64,000 bases of DNA from Bacteroidota bacterium (GTDB lineage Bacteria > Bacteroidota > Bacteroidia > Cytophagales > Spirosomataceae): positions 2,306 through 66,305 of the forward strand of contig JBEEOB010000010.1 in NCBI GenBank assembly GCA_041191865.1, given 5' to 3'. Each line of letters starts with the position of its first letter. Position 1 is the stretch's first letter. The translations under genes were made by a program, and so were the position numbers. Under the pieces are notes generated by a model. The model searched no databases. It was not told the origin of the DNA and saw only the letters and a list, made by a program, of their open reading frames with translations. Positions 63,212 to 64,000 of this stretch are shown one piece after another.

Positions 63212-64000
63212 ATGAAAAATTCCTTTCGCGGACGATTGTCCATTATCGGTTCATTATGCCTTTTAGCGTACTTAGGTATCTCATCTTTCCAAAAAAACGA
63301 ACACCAACGCTGGGGCCAGGCACTTTTAGATTCATTAACAGAATCGCAAAAACATGAGGCAGGAAACGCATTAGCAGGATTACAAATCGACCCCGATCTG
63401 GAAATTACGACGTTTGCGACAGAACCCATGCTGAAGAATCCCACCAACATGGACATCGATTCCAAAGGGCGCGTTTGGATAACGGAGGCATTTAACTACC
63501 GACCAGCCATTGCAGGCAATCCCACAAATCCCGCGGGAGATCGCATCATCATATTAGAAGACACCAACGGCGATGGTCGGGCTGACAAGCAAAAACTATT
63601 TTATCAATCGCCAGAAATCAATGCGCCGCTCGGAATCGCTGTATTGGATAGCATGGTCATCGTGGCACAAAGTCCGTATATCTGGCGTTTTTTCGATGAT
63701 AATCATGATGACAAGGCGGACCGTAAAGAAATTATGTTTCAGGGAATCGGCGGAGACCAGCATGATCATGGAGCACACGCATTTACCTTTGGGCCTGATG
63801 GAAAATTATATTTCAATTTCGGCAATGAGGGAAAACAATTATTGGACGCCAAAGGAAATCCTGTATTAGACCAAGATGGCGACATTATTGGGCCCAATAA
63901 ATACAAACAAGGCATGGTCTTCCGTTGCAATGTAGATGGCACGCAAGTGGAATGTTTAGGCCATAACTTCCGTAACAATTTCGAAGTGGCTGTGGATTCT
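63212..64000 (+). CDS. PVC-type heme-binding / membrane-bound dehydrogenase beta-propeller protein (cut by window end; absent from ORF track)
   Basis: Hand translation from ATG 63212: MKNSFRG...FATEPMLKNPTNMDIDSKGRVWITEAFNYR...LEDTNGDGRAD...HDHGAHAFTFGPDGKLYFNFGN...HNFRNNFEVAVDS, open to the edge. Confidence 0.85.
   Translation, partial: MKNSFRGRLSIIGSLCLLAYLGISSFQKNEHQRWGQALLDSLTESQKHEAGNALAGLQIDPDLEITTFATEPMLKNPTNMDIDSKGRVWITEAFNYRPAIAGNPTNPAGDRIIILEDTNGDGRADKQKLFYQSPEINAPLGIAVLDSMVIVAQSPYIWRFFDDNHDDKADRKEIMFQGIGGDQHDHGAHAFTFGPDGKLYFNFGNEGKQLLDAKGNPVLDQDGDIIGPNKYKQGMVFRCNVDGTQVECLGHNFRNNFEVAVDS

Noticed and set aside
63208-63978. Short ORFs listed at the right edge
   Set aside because: Shadows of the real + strand gene starting at 63212 that runs off the window

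Overview
Bacterial chromosomal window from a Bacteroidota (probably Cytophagales, possibly a streamlined freshwater Aquirufa-like lineage; inference from T9SS cargo genes, TAnnTTTG promoters, gene content and tight packing). About 54 CDS: envelope and housekeeping genes (OstA-like, tilS, DUF4835, rpoZ, bamD, prc, FKBP, atpA/atpG, hflX, rarA, thiamine diphosphokinase, moaC, moeA, lgt), a tRNA-Arg(CCT) bracketed by two different heptamer arrays, several REP-like palindrome families, an L-rhamnose-to-lactate catabolic operon, and a Gfo/Idh/MocA + DUF1080 + IorAB-like run. The most striking element is at 20.1-32.0 kb: a predicted outer-membrane beta-barrel, a 2263-aa Sec-exported protein built from phage-tail-fibre and YadA-like repeats with no T9SS CTD, an overlapping small secreted protein with a three-fold N-terminal motif and a FISUMP/C-type-lectin-like domain, and a nearby small T9SS cargo protein. 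I propose this is a cell-surface trimeric fibre with a swappable tip adhesin (hypothesis). The ORF track misses a 53-aa Cys-rich membrane protein (7683-7844) and a dehydrogenase cut by the window edge (63212-64000). No CRISPR array, transposase, integrase or reverse transcriptase was seen. Family assignments come from motif recognition, not database searches.
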